From contig CAWDYC010000010.1 in NCBI GenBank assembly GCA_963806535.1, positions 69,085 through 133,084 of the forward strand: a stretch of DNA of 64,000 nt. Reading direction: 5' to 3'. Below are positions 31,391-42,405 of the stretch, one piece after another. Every line of letters starts with the position of its first letter. The first letter of the stretch is position 1. The notes under the pieces are model-generated. The model had not been told where the DNA came from, did not search any database, and saw only the letters and a list, made by a program, of their open reading frames with translations. The translations under genes and the position numbers were made by a program. Origin of the DNA: Candidatus Bathyarchaeota archaeon. GTDB lineage: Archaea; Thermoproteota; Bathyarchaeia; Bathyarchaeales; Bathycorpusculaceae.

Positions 31391-32407
31391 ATGTCATCAA
31401 ACACTAGTTCGCTTGAAATCCAAAGCTACGATGATAAAGAAAAAATGTTTTATGTAAAATCACGTTACGGCAACATCGTGAAGGTTCAAGACACCTTTGC
31501 AGAAATGTTCGCACTTTGGGCAGGAAGAGTTTTAATTACAGCTCAAAACGAGAAATGGGCTCAAATCGCCGCAAGTTTAACAACAGGTTTTGCTACAAGC
31601 GTAATTGAGGCAACCGCCGAAGCAGCAATCGAACGAGCTGTTCCAGCAGATCAGACTCCTGACAAAAGACCCGGTGTACTTATTCAAATTTATAATCGTG
31701 ACCGTTTTGAACTCAAGCACCAACTTATGCAGCGTATCGGTCAATGCACCTTGACTTGTCCGACAACCGCAGCATTTAACGGATTAGATAAGAGTAAACG
31801 AACATTAGATGTTGGCAACAGCCTACGTTACTTTGGCGATGGTTTCCAGAAAAAAGCCATGTATGGAGGAAGAAAATGCTGGAAAATTCCAGTCATGGAA
31901 GGAAACTTCTTTGTTGAAAATGGTTTTGGTGCTATGGAAGCGGTTGCAGGTGGTAACTTTATGATTTTTGCGAAAGATCAACCTTCAGGACTTTTGGCAG
32001 CTGAGGCTGCAGCCGACGCAATCCGCGCAAATGCTCCAGACGTAATAATGCAGTTTCCTGGAGGAGTTTGTCGTGCAGGAAGCAAAGCTGGCTCACTCAA
32101 ATACAAGCTAAAAGCTTCAACTAATCATCCGTACTGCCCAACGCTGCGCACATTGGTACCTGATTCTGTTGTTCCAGACGGTGTAAATTGTGTTTATGAA
32201 ATTGTCATGAACGGTTTAACCCTTGACGCAGTTAAAAAAGGCATGAAAGAAGGTGTCACCGCAGCAATCGGCGTGCCTGGCGTTGTTAAGATCTCATCTG
32301 GTAACTATGGTGGCAAGCTTGGTCCGTTCAAGGCTTATCTTAGAGAAGCCATTGGCGCACCCATGCCTGAACCATCACCAACAGCTCCTGCGAAAGCAAA
32401 AGCGTAA
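31391..32407 (+). CDS. ftr: Formylmethanofuran:tetrahydromethanopterin formyltransferase
   Basis: DTFAEMF, TGFATSVI, RIGQCTLTCPTTA, IPVMEG, AGGNF, ASTNHPYCPTL, SSGNYGGKLG. Confidence 0.95.
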   Translation: MSSNTSSLEIQSYDDKEKMFYVKSRYGNIVKVQDTFAEMFALWAGRVLITAQNEKWAQIAASLTTGFATSVIEATAEAAIERAVPADQTPDKRPGVLIQIYNRDRFELKHQLMQRIGQCTLTCPTTAAFNGLDKSKRTLDVGNSLRYFGDGFQKKAMYGGRKCWKIPVMEGNFFVENGFGAMEAVAGGNFMIFAKDQPSGLLAAEAAADAIRANAPDVIMQFPGGVCRAGSKAGSLKYKLKASTNHPYCPTLRTLVPDSVVPDGVNCVYEIVMNGLTLDAVKKGMKEGVTAAIGVPGVVKISSGNYGGKLGPFKAYLREAIGAPMPEPSPTAPAKAKA

Positions 32408-32487
32408 CAGTTCCATTTTTTCTGTCGGAACTTTTATTTGATTCCTTTTAACGTTAGTTATCCAATAAACGATATATTTAGTGAATT

Positions 32488-33759
32488 ATGTTGAGTACAG
32501 CGAAAAAATCGAGTTTAGAACTATTCAGGCTAAGAAAAATGCTCAATTCCCTAGCCACCAAAGAGGGTAGCCACACAGAACTTATTACTGTGTATGTTCC
32601 GCCAGGAAAACAAATCAGCGACGCCCTCAACTTACTGCGCAATGAATATGGAACCGCTAGCAACATCAAATCAAACGTTACACGCAAAAACGTACTCGAT
32701 GCCATCACAAAAGCTCAACAGAAACTCAAACTTTTCAAAGACCCAGGCGAAAAAGGCATTGTAGTTTTTACAGGTGCCCTTCTTGGCGAAGGTGCTGCGC
32801 CAGGAACTGAGCGAATGGAAGCCTACGTTATCGTTCCGCCTGAGCCCATCAGAATTTTCCTCTATCGCTGTGACTCCCGTTTCCATACCGAGCATCTGCA
32901 AGAGATGTTGCGGGAAAAAGAAGCCTATGGTATCTTACTGGTGGATGCCAATAACGCAACTATTGCAATCCTGCAGGGTAAACATCTAGATATTGTTCGT
33001 CAGATGCATTCTGGTGTTACCGGTAAGACTAAGGCAGGTGGACAATCAGCCAGACGATATGAACGGCTTAGAGATATGCAGCTAAACGAGTATTTTACTC
33101 GAGTTGGAGTACATGCGAACGAAGCTTTCTTGCCACTTGACAATTTGAAAGGCATCATTTTGGGTGGACCTGGACCGACAAAATATGATTTTGAGAAAGG
33201 TGGCTACCTTAACTACCAGCTAAAAGATAAAATTCTCGATGTCGTAGACACCGCTTACGTGGAGGAGCAGGGCGTTAAAGAAGTGATGGATAAAGCGCCG
33301 GAGATCATGAAGAAAGTCCGCTACATTGAAGAGAAAGCAATTATGCAGAAATTTCTCTATGAAGTTGGCCATGATACTGGCCTGATAACTTACGGTGAAG
33401 CCGAAGTAAGGCGGCTACTGCAGTCAGGTGCGGTTCGTTTACTTATCCTGTCGGAAAGCTTAGATTTGATTCGTGTCACCGTTAAATGCAGCGCTTGCGG
33501 CTACGAAGAACAACATACCCTGAAAAAAGATCAAGTGGCTGATTTCGAGAAAGGCCTTGTCGGCAAACCTTGCGCTAAATGCAGTGCACCATCCTTTACA
33601 GTTCTAGATAAGAAAGACGTGGTTGATGACTTAGCTGAGTTTGCTGAGCTTGCGAACACAGATGTAGAGGTTATTTCTACCGAAACTGAAGAAGGTCAAA
33701 TGCTCAAGAACGCATTTGGCGGCATAGCTGCAATGCTTAGATTCAAACAACAAACCTAA
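32488..33759 (+). CDS. prf1: Archaeal peptide chain release factor 1 (aRF1)
   Basis: ASNIKS, YRCD, GGQSARRYER; zinc-ribbon minidomain; AFGGIAAMLRF. Confidence 0.97.
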   Translation: MLSTAKKSSLELFRLRKMLNSLATKEGSHTELITVYVPPGKQISDALNLLRNEYGTASNIKSNVTRKNVLDAITKAQQKLKLFKDPGEKGIVVFTGALLGEGAAPGTERMEAYVIVPPEPIRIFLYRCDSRFHTEHLQEMLREKEAYGILLVDANNATIAILQGKHLDIVRQMHSGVTGKTKAGGQSARRYERLRDMQLNEYFTRVGVHANEAFLPLDNLKGIILGGPGPTKYDFEKGGYLNYQLKDKILDVVDTAYVEEQGVKEVMDKAPEIMKKVRYIEEKAIMQKFLYEVGHDTGLITYGEAEVRRLLQSGAVRLLILSESLDLIRVTVKCSACGYEEQHTLKKDQVADFEKGLVGKPCAKCSAPSFTVLDKKDVVDDLAEFAELANTDVEVISTETEEGQMLKNAFGGIAAMLRFKQQT

Positions 33760-33903
33760 AAATTACTAGATATTAGAAGGATAAACAGTCTCAAACTTAG
33801 CTGTTTTACGTTTTTTTATGCCGATTAACGGATTAACGTTAATACCCAGTTGTAGATAAAACATTTTTGCTGAATGACTATCCATCAAACATAACGTCGA
33901 AAA

Positions 33904-33964
33904 CTGGTGTCTAGGCTTGTAGACTTGGGCTCTATAGACTCCGGTTCAAATCCGGGCAGCCCCA
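33904..33964 (+). tRNA. tRNA-Pro(TGG), 3' portion only (5' acceptor strand and 5' D-stem absent)
   Basis: Anticodon arm GTAGA-CT[TGG]GC-TCTAT; T arm TCCGG-TTCAAAT-CCGGG; acceptor 3' strand CAGCCCC-A; no GGGGCTG upstream. Confidence 0.75.
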
Positions 33965-34212
33965 TTAAAGGTTCTCAACCGTTTCGAGATTGTGTGAAAA
34001 CTCAAATTCAGTTTTGAAAATTGCACCTTATATCTAAAAAACAAACTATTAAACATTATAAAATAGACATAAAATCCTCAATTTTCTGAAATCGAAAATA
34101 GTTTTTGCACAATCTCATTTGGGGTTCAAAACCGTTAAGAAAAGAATTAATCTGCGCCTCAACTGGTCAGGTAGCATTTTCAATGTGTCATTGAAAATAT
34201 TCAGCTGGGCAT

Positions 34213-34238
34213 TGGGCTGGGGGATCCCAGCCCATTTT
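34213..34238. other. GC-rich 9-bp hairpin followed by T-run
   Basis: TGGGCTGGG-GGAT-CCCAGCCCA-TTTT. Confidence 0.45.
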
Positions 34239-34349
34239 ACCAGTAAAAACTGTTGTTCCAAGTAACATGACAGCTCAAGTTAGAGCTCAATAAGGGGGTC
34301 AGCGCAAAGATTATTAGTTTTAAGAACTTTAATCATAATTGGTGTTTTT

Positions 34350-34745
34350 ATGAGAATTAAGTATACTAGTGTTTACGTTAGTGATCAGGAAAAAGCACTT
34401 AAGTTTTATACTGAGGTCCTTGGTTTTGTAAAAAAGGCAGACATAACAGCAGGAAAATACAGGTGGTTGACTGTTACTTCGGCTGAAGATCAGGATGGTG
34501 TCGAGTTAGTTCTTGAGCCAAACGAAAACCCAGCTGCAAAGGCATACCAGGAAGCTCTCTTCTTGCATGGTATTCGGGCAACTAACTTCATTGTGGATGA
34601 TATCCAAAAAGAGTATGAACGATTGAAAAAGATTGGCGTGAAGTTTACCGTGGAGCCAACAAAGCTACCTGGTACGCCTTCTACCATCGCAGTCCTGGAT
34701 GACACCTGTGGCAATTTAATACAGATCACACAGATGCAGTTCTAA
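34350..34745 (+). CDS. VOC / glyoxalase family protein
   Basis: SVYVSDQEKALKFYTEVLGF, RWLTV, DDTCGNLIQI. Confidence 0.9.
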   Translation: MRIKYTSVYVSDQEKALKFYTEVLGFVKKADITAGKYRWLTVTSAEDQDGVELVLEPNENPAAKAYQEALFLHGIRATNFIVDDIQKEYERLKKIGVKFTVEPTKLPGTPSTIAVLDDTCGNLIQITQMQF

Positions 34746-34829
34746 TCAATGGGCTCGAGAAGAATGTCAGTTTAAAAGACAGGTATACGTGAAAAGTCGC
34801 CACAAAATAAGGCCGTTGATGATTCATCT

Positions 34830-34985
34830 TTTTGATAGATGCAAGAATCCAGGAGCTAGGTGATTAGCGCGGAGAGATGCTTTCCCGCCTCTGCGCTTTG
34901 ATCAAAAAACGACCCTGAAGTCGTCGAGGAAGTAAAGTGGATAAAGCCGTCCAATCCGCTGGGCGTTGCGGTTTGGTCTCACCCG
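34830..34985 (+). pseudogene. DUF1801 (YdhG-like) remnant
   Basis: IDARIQELGD*RGEMLSRLCALIKK/DPEVVEEVKWIKPSNPLGVAVWSH; in-frame TAG, frameshift and 3' truncation. Confidence 0.7.
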
Positions 34986-35112
34986 TTTTCGTTTTGTTTT
35001 CCAAAAAATTTACCTCCAAACCCTATCATTTAAGTTTAGAAAAAATCAAAGTTTATTTTAGTTTTTATAAGGTAAAAAAAGGAAAAGGGGATTAAGTTTT
35101 TCTGTTATTCGC

Positions 35113-36198
35113 TTAAGTTGCTGCTAATCCTGAAGCTGAACCCGGCACTGAACTGACTGTTGCTATCTGCCACATGCTTCCGTCATCGTAAACTTTGAAT
35201 CCTGTAATGCTACCTCCGTTGAGTGCGTATAAGAATTGACTGTGTTTGCTGAAAGCCAGATCGAGTGTGGGTATGTTTAGTTGTGCTTCTTTAGAGCTAA
35301 GTAAGGATAGTCCGCCGTTTCTTGAGATCGAGAATGTGGATAATGTTCCTCCGTGTGCATTAGACGTGTAGGCATAGGTACCATCATTGTTTATTGCGAC
35401 CCAGCAGGGGGCATTTCCGAAAGTTGGCATAGAACCGCTTATAGTTCTTAGAGTGCCTTGGTCAAAGAGAACGTATGAAGACAATGTGTTGGTTCCAGCT
35501 TCGGTTACGATCAAGTTGTTTTCTCCTGTGAATGCAAATCCATAAGGTCCGCCGCCAATGGAGTTGAAGGTTGTTGGAGCACTTGCAACGCCGTTTGAAC
35601 CGACTAGGTAAGTATCTATGATGTTTGTTCCTTTTTCTGTAACGACTAATACGTTTCCGTCTGGGTTAAATCCTATCTGCTCAGGTGAAGGCGAAGCCAT
35701 TCCGCTTAGAGGTTGGTTTGATCCTGATATGAAAGTTAATGTGCCCCATTTGTTCAACATAAATCCCGCTATATTTCCAGATCCGCCAGCATCTAACACG
35801 TAAACCCAATTATCATTGATGGTTAAGCTTATCGGCATGTTGCCTTGAGAACTAACTTTGCTAACATATGTCAATCCGCTGCCTAGAATACTGAAAACTG
35901 AGATTTCGTTGCTTCCAGCGTTAACAACTAGTAGGAACCTTCCATCCTGTGTTAGAGCCACTGCTCCTTGGCTTGCCAACGCAGTTCCTGTTCCGGAACC
36001 GTGTGTCAAGTAAGATGCAATATACGTAAGTGACCCATCCATAGATCTGCTATAGTACAAAACGTGGTTTGATGCCGCATTATCAATAGTATATATTGAT
36101 CCTGCATTTCCAAGACCAGCATTTACATAGGTTGCTGCAAAAACCGTTGCTAAAACTGCAATTGCAATACTTAAAATTGCTAAAAGTTTTCTTTTCAT
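35113..36198 (-). CDS. Secreted lactonase-family 7-bladed beta-propeller
   Basis: Signal peptide MKRKLLAIL; VNAGSNEISVF, FNPDG..LVVTEK, APCWV, YAYTSNA. Confidence 0.85.
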   Translation of the reverse strand: MKRKLLAILSIAIAVLATVFAATYVNAGLGNAGSIYTIDNAASNHVLYYSRSMDGSLTYIASYLTHGSGTGTALASQGAVALTQDGRFLLVVNAGSNEISVFSILGSGLTYVSKVSSQGNMPISLTINDNWVYVLDAGGSGNIAGFMLNKWGTLTFISGSNQPLSGMASPSPEQIGFNPDGNVLVVTEKGTNIIDTYLVGSNGVASAPTTFNSIGGGPYGFAFTGENNLIVTEAGTNTLSSYVLFDQGTLRTISGSMPTFGNAPCWVAINNDGTYAYTSNAHGGTLSTFSISRNGGLSLLSSKEAQLNIPTLDLAFSKHSQFLYALNGGSITGFKVYDDGSMWQIATVSSVPGSASGLAAT

Positions 36199-36458
36199 TT
36201 TTATGCCTGCCTCATACAAACTTAAATCTTCATTTAAGAAAATGTGGTAGGCGACAAGCCATAACAAAAATTTTCGTTATTTTCTTATTAATCAAGACAT
36301 GAAAACAACGTCTGCAAATTTCATTTCGCTGTCAAATTAGTGACTTGCTCATACCGACGGAGAATAAGGTTTGTATATTAAAGACAACCTTTAGCTCCAT
36401 TTATTTATTTTATTTAGAGATTTTCATCCGTGCCGTTTATATCCGACCTACATGTGCA

Positions 36459-38297
36459 ATGGGTATTCGAGAAGGAAAAATACACGTGAATTCTTCCGGT
36501 GCTTCTCGCGAATTTGGTTATCTTAGAAAATGGGTTCCAATCGCCCTTTTGATTGGCTTAATCAGTGGAGTAGGAAGCATTGTTTTCTATGAAGCAATCA
36601 GACTTGCAAGCACAATTCTGTTAGGTGACATCGCAGGGTTTTTTGCTCCTACACCAGTCGGAGAAGGTGGAACCCTAGGACTAATCTCGACACGACTTTA
36701 CTTGATTCCTCTAGTGACTACGGTTGGAGGACTTTTGAGTGGAATAATTGTTTACGGCTTTGCACCAGAAGCCGAGGGCCATGGAACAGACGCAGCAATT
36801 GATGCTTTTCACAATAAGAAGGGTGAGATTCGATCCAGAATACCGCTGGTTAAGCTTGTGGCCTCAGCGTTAACAATTGGATCTGGAGGAAGTGCAGGTA
36901 GGGAAGGTCCGACAGCTCAGATAGGGGCAGGATTCGGTTCCTTTCTCGGTAAGAAACTTCGTCTCAGCTCAAAAGATAGAAGAATCGCCGTTGCAGTCGG
37001 CATAGGTTCAGGAATAGGCTCCATCTTCAAAGCGCCCTTTGGAGGAGCCATAATGAGCGCTGAGATTCTTTATATCGGAGACTTTGAGGTAGAAACCCTG
37101 CTTCCTGCTTTCATAGCTTCGACGGTTGGTTACAGTATATTTGCGTCTTATGCCGGATGGACGCCCATATTTGGTTACTTAAATCTGAGTGCTTTCTCTG
37201 ATCCACTTGATCTGCCTTTTTACGCGGTCTTGGGTATAGTTTGCGGTTTAGTTGGCATCGTCTACGTCAAAGGGTTCTACGGCACAAAGTCTTTTTTCCA
37301 GAATCTTAGAATGCCGCGTTTCTTGAAGCCAGCTCTTGGAGGATTACTGGTGGGAATCATTGGAATGTTCTTACCGCAAGTGCTCGGCATGGGTTATGGT
37401 TGGCTTCAGATAGCGATGACAGGCAATTTTGTCTTGCTTCCAATAATTTTGATTCCAATAATCATCGTAGCGAAAATAGTTGCCACCTCTCTTACTGTAG
37501 GTTCAGGAGGGAGCGGAGGAGTTTTCGCTCCATCTCTGGTAATAGGCGGCTTGCTGGGAGCAGCTCTCTGGATATTACTAGATGGCCTTTTTCCAAACTT
37601 CGGTCCTGTCATTGCGGCATTTATTATTGTAGGAATGATGGCCTTTTTCGGAGGCGTAGGGAAGGTGCCCATCGCCGTCATACTCATGGTCAGTGAAATG
37701 ACTGGCGGATTTACTCTGCTAGTTCCCTCGATGATAGCAACTACAATTGCGTATGTAATCACAGGAAAGACTACTATCTATAAAAGCCAAGTTCAATCAA
37801 GGGCTGAATCACCTGCACACAGAAGTGAATACTCAATTCCTCTCCTGCAGAAGCTCTTTGTCAAAGATGCAATGACCAAAAAAATCATAACTACTACACC
37901 TAATTCATTGGTTTCAGAGGTCGCTGAGATATTATCAAAGAACGGAATAAAAGGTACTCCAGTTGTGGATGACAGCGGCAGACTTGTTGGCATGATTACA
38001 CTTACGGATGTTCTTCAGGTCCATCCAGATCAGAGAGCAACGACCAAAGTGAGCTCCATCATGACGAAAGAGCTAGTCACAACAACCCCTAATGAAAGCC
38101 TCTATACAGCTTTTGACAAGATGACAGGCAATCAGGTCGGACGCCTACCCGTCATGGATCAAGAGGGCAACTTAAAGTTGATAGGTATAATCACGCGAGA
38201 AGATATCTGGCGGGTCTACAACATTGAGATAAGATCAAAATTAGAAGATACTAAACTTTCAGGAAGAATAGCAGATAACAACAAAACAGACCTTTAA
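36459..38297 (+). CDS. ClC chloride/proton antiporter with CBS pair
   Basis: EAEGHGTD, GSAGREGP (gating Glu), GGSGGVFAPS; two CBS domains; start uncertain (36459 or 36486). Confidence 0.93.
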   Translation: MGIREGKIHVNSSGASREFGYLRKWVPIALLIGLISGVGSIVFYEAIRLASTILLGDIAGFFAPTPVGEGGTLGLISTRLYLIPLVTTVGGLLSGIIVYGFAPEAEGHGTDAAIDAFHNKKGEIRSRIPLVKLVASALTIGSGGSAGREGPTAQIGAGFGSFLGKKLRLSSKDRRIAVAVGIGSGIGSIFKAPFGGAIMSAEILYIGDFEVETLLPAFIASTVGYSIFASYAGWTPIFGYLNLSAFSDPLDLPFYAVLGIVCGLVGIVYVKGFYGTKSFFQNLRMPRFLKPALGGLLVGIIGMFLPQVLGMGYGWLQIAMTGNFVLLPIILIPIIIVAKIVATSLTVGSGGSGGVFAPSLVIGGLLGAALWILLDGLFPNFGPVIAAFIIVGMMAFFGGVGKVPIAVILMVSEMTGGFTLLVPSMIATTIAYVITGKTTIYKSQVQSRAESPAHRSEYSIPLLQKLFVKDAMTKKIITTTPNSLVSEVAEILSKNGIKGTPVVDDSGRLVGMITLTDVLQVHPDQRATTKVSSIMTKELVTTTPNESLYTAFDKMTGNQVGRLPVMDQEGNLKLIGIITREDIWRVYNIEIRSKLEDTKLSGRIADNNKTDL

Positions 38298-38374
38298 AAA
38301 AACGTTGTTTAATTCGTTTCTATCTTTCTGGAGATGAAACCTTACTCCTCTCAATTTTTGTGGATAAACGATTT

Positions 38375-40881
38375 TTATGATCTTTGGAAAAAGAATTGTT
38401 TAGCACGAGTAAATGTGGATGAAGCAAAGGTAGGTTGTTGTCTGTTAGATATTGCTTCTTCGTGTCCCATTAATCTAAAGAAGTGAATTTTCAGCTGGTC
38501 AGTTATTAGGAAGGCAAGCAAAGCGTATCCCCACACGAAGGCCGCGAAACCCCATCCAATCGGATTCATAAATACGCCGTAGACCGCGAACAACGTTGCA
38601 ACAACTTGAGTCCCTTCTGTGGCTACAAAAGAGAATACTGGCTGGAAGAGGCCGTTTCCAGAAATGGTTCACTCCAGTTCGCGCCAAATAAATCGTGAGG
38701 TGCCCAGCAACAGCCATTTTAAGGAAAATCAGCGACTGCAGCGTGCTAAAGCTTAAGTGGAAAACGTTCAAGCCAATTAAGAAGAGCAAGAAGCTTGAAA
38801 CAACCCCTGTCGCGCCAAGCAGAGAAGCCACAATCAATACACCCCGCATGTTCCAGCGAACGGGTTTCTCTTGCACCCTTACATTATCGTAAGCAATGGT
38901 CATAATTGGAATGTCGTTCAACAATGCCAGAATAACTAACATAACTGCCGTCAGCGGATAGAAGTTGAAGGCGAGAATTGCAAGCGACAAGAAAATTAAC
39001 ACACGAGTAGTCTCTGCGATTCGGTAAACGGCGTAATTGGTCATGCGTTCGAAAATCCTGCGGCTCTCTTTTATAGCGTCTATGATGACGGAAAGCCCTG
39101 GCTTTGTTAGAACCACATCCGCCGCGGATTTAGCTGCGTCAGTTGCTCCTGCAACGGCAACTCCAGCATCTGCTTTCTTTAATGCAGGTGCATCGTTAAC
39201 TCCATCGCCTGTCATGCCTACAATATGTCCTTTTTCTTGGAGCAACTCAACGATGCGATATTTGTGCTCAGGAAAAACTTGGGCAAAACCATCCGCATTC
39301 TCAATAATGCCTTTGGCTTCACTGTCAGGCTTGTCTGTGAAAGAAGAAGCGGGTATTATGTTTGTGCCCAGATTAACTTCTTGGGCAATCTGTGTAGCTA
39401 TTGCAATATGGTCGCCTGTGACCATCTTGACGTTTATGCCCATTTTCTGGGCTGTTTTTATTGTCTCAGCAGAGTCTTCGCGTGGCGGGTCATAAATTGC
39501 AAGAAGCCCTACAAATTGCCAGTTATCCACTTCGTTTCCCTTAATTACTCCTAATGCTCGATGACCCTTGGTTGCAAAAGTACTTACTATTTCGTTAACT
39601 CTACCTTCAATTTCCGTCTTATTGGAAACTAAGAGACAAAACAACCTGTGGCGCGCCCTTGGCAACTCTGAAACGCTCACCATTCTGGTCCTCCACCGTG
39701 GCTTCAGTCTTCTTTAAAACCGGGTCAAACGGCTTAAAATCAACTACATTATATCGACCAAGAGCATCGGCAACTGCTCGGATCGACTTGGCTTTAGTGA
39801 TGACAGCATCATCTATTGGATCGTGATTTTCTTCCCGAGAAGCTAATGTTCCATACAAGAGAGCGTCGTCGATTTCGAATTTGCCAAAAGCTTTCGCTTC
39901 TGCAATAGTAAGTTCATTCTTTGTTATCGTTCCTGTCTTGTCTGAACATAACACATCAACTCCAGCCATTTCTTCAATAGAAACCAACTTGCTAACAATA
40001 GCTTCTTTTTTGGCAAGGACGATTGCGCCAACAGCCATAGTGACTGTCAAAACGGCAGGCAACGCTACTGGAATTGAAGCTACGACCAAAATCAGGGCAA
40101 ACTGGAGAATAGCTAATGGATTGGCATGTCGAAATAGAGCTGCAATAACAACGGCAGAAACCATTATTGCAGCAAGGATAATCAAATAGTTGCCTATTCT
40201 TATGACTGCTTTTTGGAAGTGGCTTACAGTTTTGGCTTCAGCCACAAGTTTGGCGGTTTTGCCAAAGAAGCTGCTTATTCCAGTCGCTACTACGTATGCG
40301 TCCATTTCGCCTTGTCTGATAATGGCCCCTGCATAAGCTATGTCAGAAATGTGTTTTTCTACGGGCAAGGATTCTCCGGTCAAAGCAGATTCGTCTGCGA
40401 GTAAATAGGTGCCTTTCATCAGCTTAACGTCGGCAGGTACGATGTCGCCCAAGCGGACGCGTACGATATCGCTTGGGACAAGTTCCTTTGATGGTATCTC
40501 ATGCCATGTTCCATCTCTTAACACTCGGGCTTTTGGCGCAAGCCGTTTTTTCAACAATTCTATCGCGTTGTCAGCTTTCCGTTCTTGCCAAAATCCCACG
40601 ACTGCATTTACAATTAGCAAAGTGAAAATAATTGCAAAATCGTCATAGTGCTGTATAATTATGGACAGTATTGAAGCAATTTCTATCATCCAAGGAATAG
40701 GTCCCCAGAAATAACCCAAAAATTTGCGAAAAGGGCTCACTTTCTTTTCTGGAATCTCGTTAGTGCCGTACTTCTGCAGTTTTCGAGCCACCTCTTCTGA
40801 AGAGAGTCCCATCTTGACATATGTGGAAAATGGAGTTTCTTCTTCAGATGGTTTGTTTGACTTTTCGGATGCCACTTTCAC
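38375..40881 (-). CDS. P3A-type proton-efflux P-type ATPase, copy 1; frameshifts near 39620 and 38615
   Basis: FWGPIPWMIE, LTGES, CSDKTGTIT, DPPRED, TGDGVNDAPALKKA, ALLND. Confidence 0.93.
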
Positions 40882-41174
40882 AAAAGCCTTCTAATCTTAC
40901 GACAAAACTATTAATTTAATAGAAAATAAGCATCGTATTATTGCTTTTTAGTTTTTCGTTGTCAATAGTAAAATGTTCCTGATGCCACGGGCAAGTTAAC
41001 GATTTTCATAGCGTATTTCTCTTTAGGCTCAGTTACAAGCCTTCGTGAGCATATAGATTATATAAGTATCCAACATAAAGCGCCCGTATCAAGATTTTAC
41101 CTCAGATATATTTTACAGTCTCAAAAGCAAAACAAAAATATCGACCGAATAATTATTAAGATGCAGTGAAAAAG

Positions 41175-42386
41175 ATGGATGCATCCGTTGTTTTTGCGGC
41201 TGTTGCGGGAATCATCATCATCGGTTTTGCGGGAGAATTTTTCTTCAAGAAAACCGGCATACCTATTTTCATTTTCCTTATACTCACAGGAATAATCATA
41301 GGTCCAATCCTTAACATCTTTCCACGGCAATCGCTGATTTCGGTGATTGCGCCATTTGCAGAGCTGACACTTCTAATGGTCCTCTTTTACGGTGGTTTAG
41401 GCTTGAAGTCCTCCGTGGTCCTTACAAATGGAGGAAGAGCTTTGATTCAAGCTATAATCTATGTCGGATTAAGCTCCATACTGATTGGGACTATAGGAAT
41501 TTTCATCATGAAATGGGGGGCATTGTCGTCTTTCATTTTCGCTTCAATGATATCAGGCGAAACCACCGCTGCACTTCTCGTGCCGCTCTCAAGATGGGTG
41601 AAAATGTCGGAAGCAACCGCATCTTTCTTAAAAATAGAGGCTGAAATAAATTCTATTTTGCTCATAGTGCTTTTTTTTGCTTTTGTAGGGGTTTACACAA
41701 CTCCCGGAATGAATTTGGCCGCAGCCATTTCCAGCGTCACTTCACAATTCTCCAATGGAATAGTATTGGGCGCCATCTTGAGTCTAGCGTGGATATACAT
41801 ACTTTATCGTTTTCAAAACCAGAAATTCACCTACGTTTTGACTTTAGGACTAATCCTAATTACTTACTCCTTGACCACCCAACTCGGAGGTAACGGCACT
41901 CTTGCCGTTCTTGTCTTTGGCATAGTCTTGGGAAACTACGTCCTCGTGAATAAGCTTTTCAGAAGACAAATGAATTTGGATTCGCTTCAAAATCAGCTTG
42001 GAGCATTTCAACAGGAAATTTCGTTTTTACTCACAACTTTATTGTTCGTATCTTTGGGTTTGACTTTCTTTGTTAGCCCATCTCATATCGTTACTAACCT
42101 ATCAATTGCCCTTGTGATTCTTTTGGTGCTTCTTTCAGTCAGATTTCTAGCTACACGCGCCTCAACTTTCCAATCGTCGTTATCGAATGAGAAAAGGACT
42201 ATTTTGCTCATGTGTGCCCAGGGGCTTACCCCAGCTACACTCGCTATTCTAGCGGTAAGTCTTCAGTTACCAAATTCAGACACATTCGTTAACATCGTAA
42301 CCTATGTAATTATTCTCACTAACATAGTTACGACAGCCGGTGCGATTCTGAGCAGAAAAGCTGAAGCCAAACCATCAACTTTGTGA
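41175..42386 (+). CDS. CPA1 cation:proton antiporter, copy 1
   Basis: ~12 TM; FFKKTGIP, LFYGG, GGNGTLAVLVFG, QGLTPATLA. Confidence 0.88.
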   Translation: MDASVVFAAVAGIIIIGFAGEFFFKKTGIPIFIFLILTGIIIGPILNIFPRQSLISVIAPFAELTLLMVLFYGGLGLKSSVVLTNGGRALIQAIIYVGLSSILIGTIGIFIMKWGALSSFIFASMISGETTAALLVPLSRWVKMSEATASFLKIEAEINSILLIVLFFAFVGVYTTPGMNLAAAISSVTSQFSNGIVLGAILSLAWIYILYRFQNQKFTYVLTLGLILITYSLTTQLGGNGTLAVLVFGIVLGNYVLVNKLFRRQMNLDSLQNQLGAFQQEISFLLTTLLFVSLGLTFFVSPSHIVTNLSIALVILLVLLSVRFLATRASTFQSSLSNEKRTILLMCAQGLTPATLAILAVSLQLPNSDTFVNIVTYVIILTNIVTTAGAILSRKAEAKPSTL

Positions 42387-42405
42387 AGAGGGCAGGTAGG
42401 AAAAG

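Noticed and set aside
34213-34234. TGGGCTG hairpin as the missing 5' half of a permuted tRNA-Pro
   Set aside because: Only 6 of 7 acceptor bases match, no D-arm follows, it lies ~250 bp away and is self-paired.
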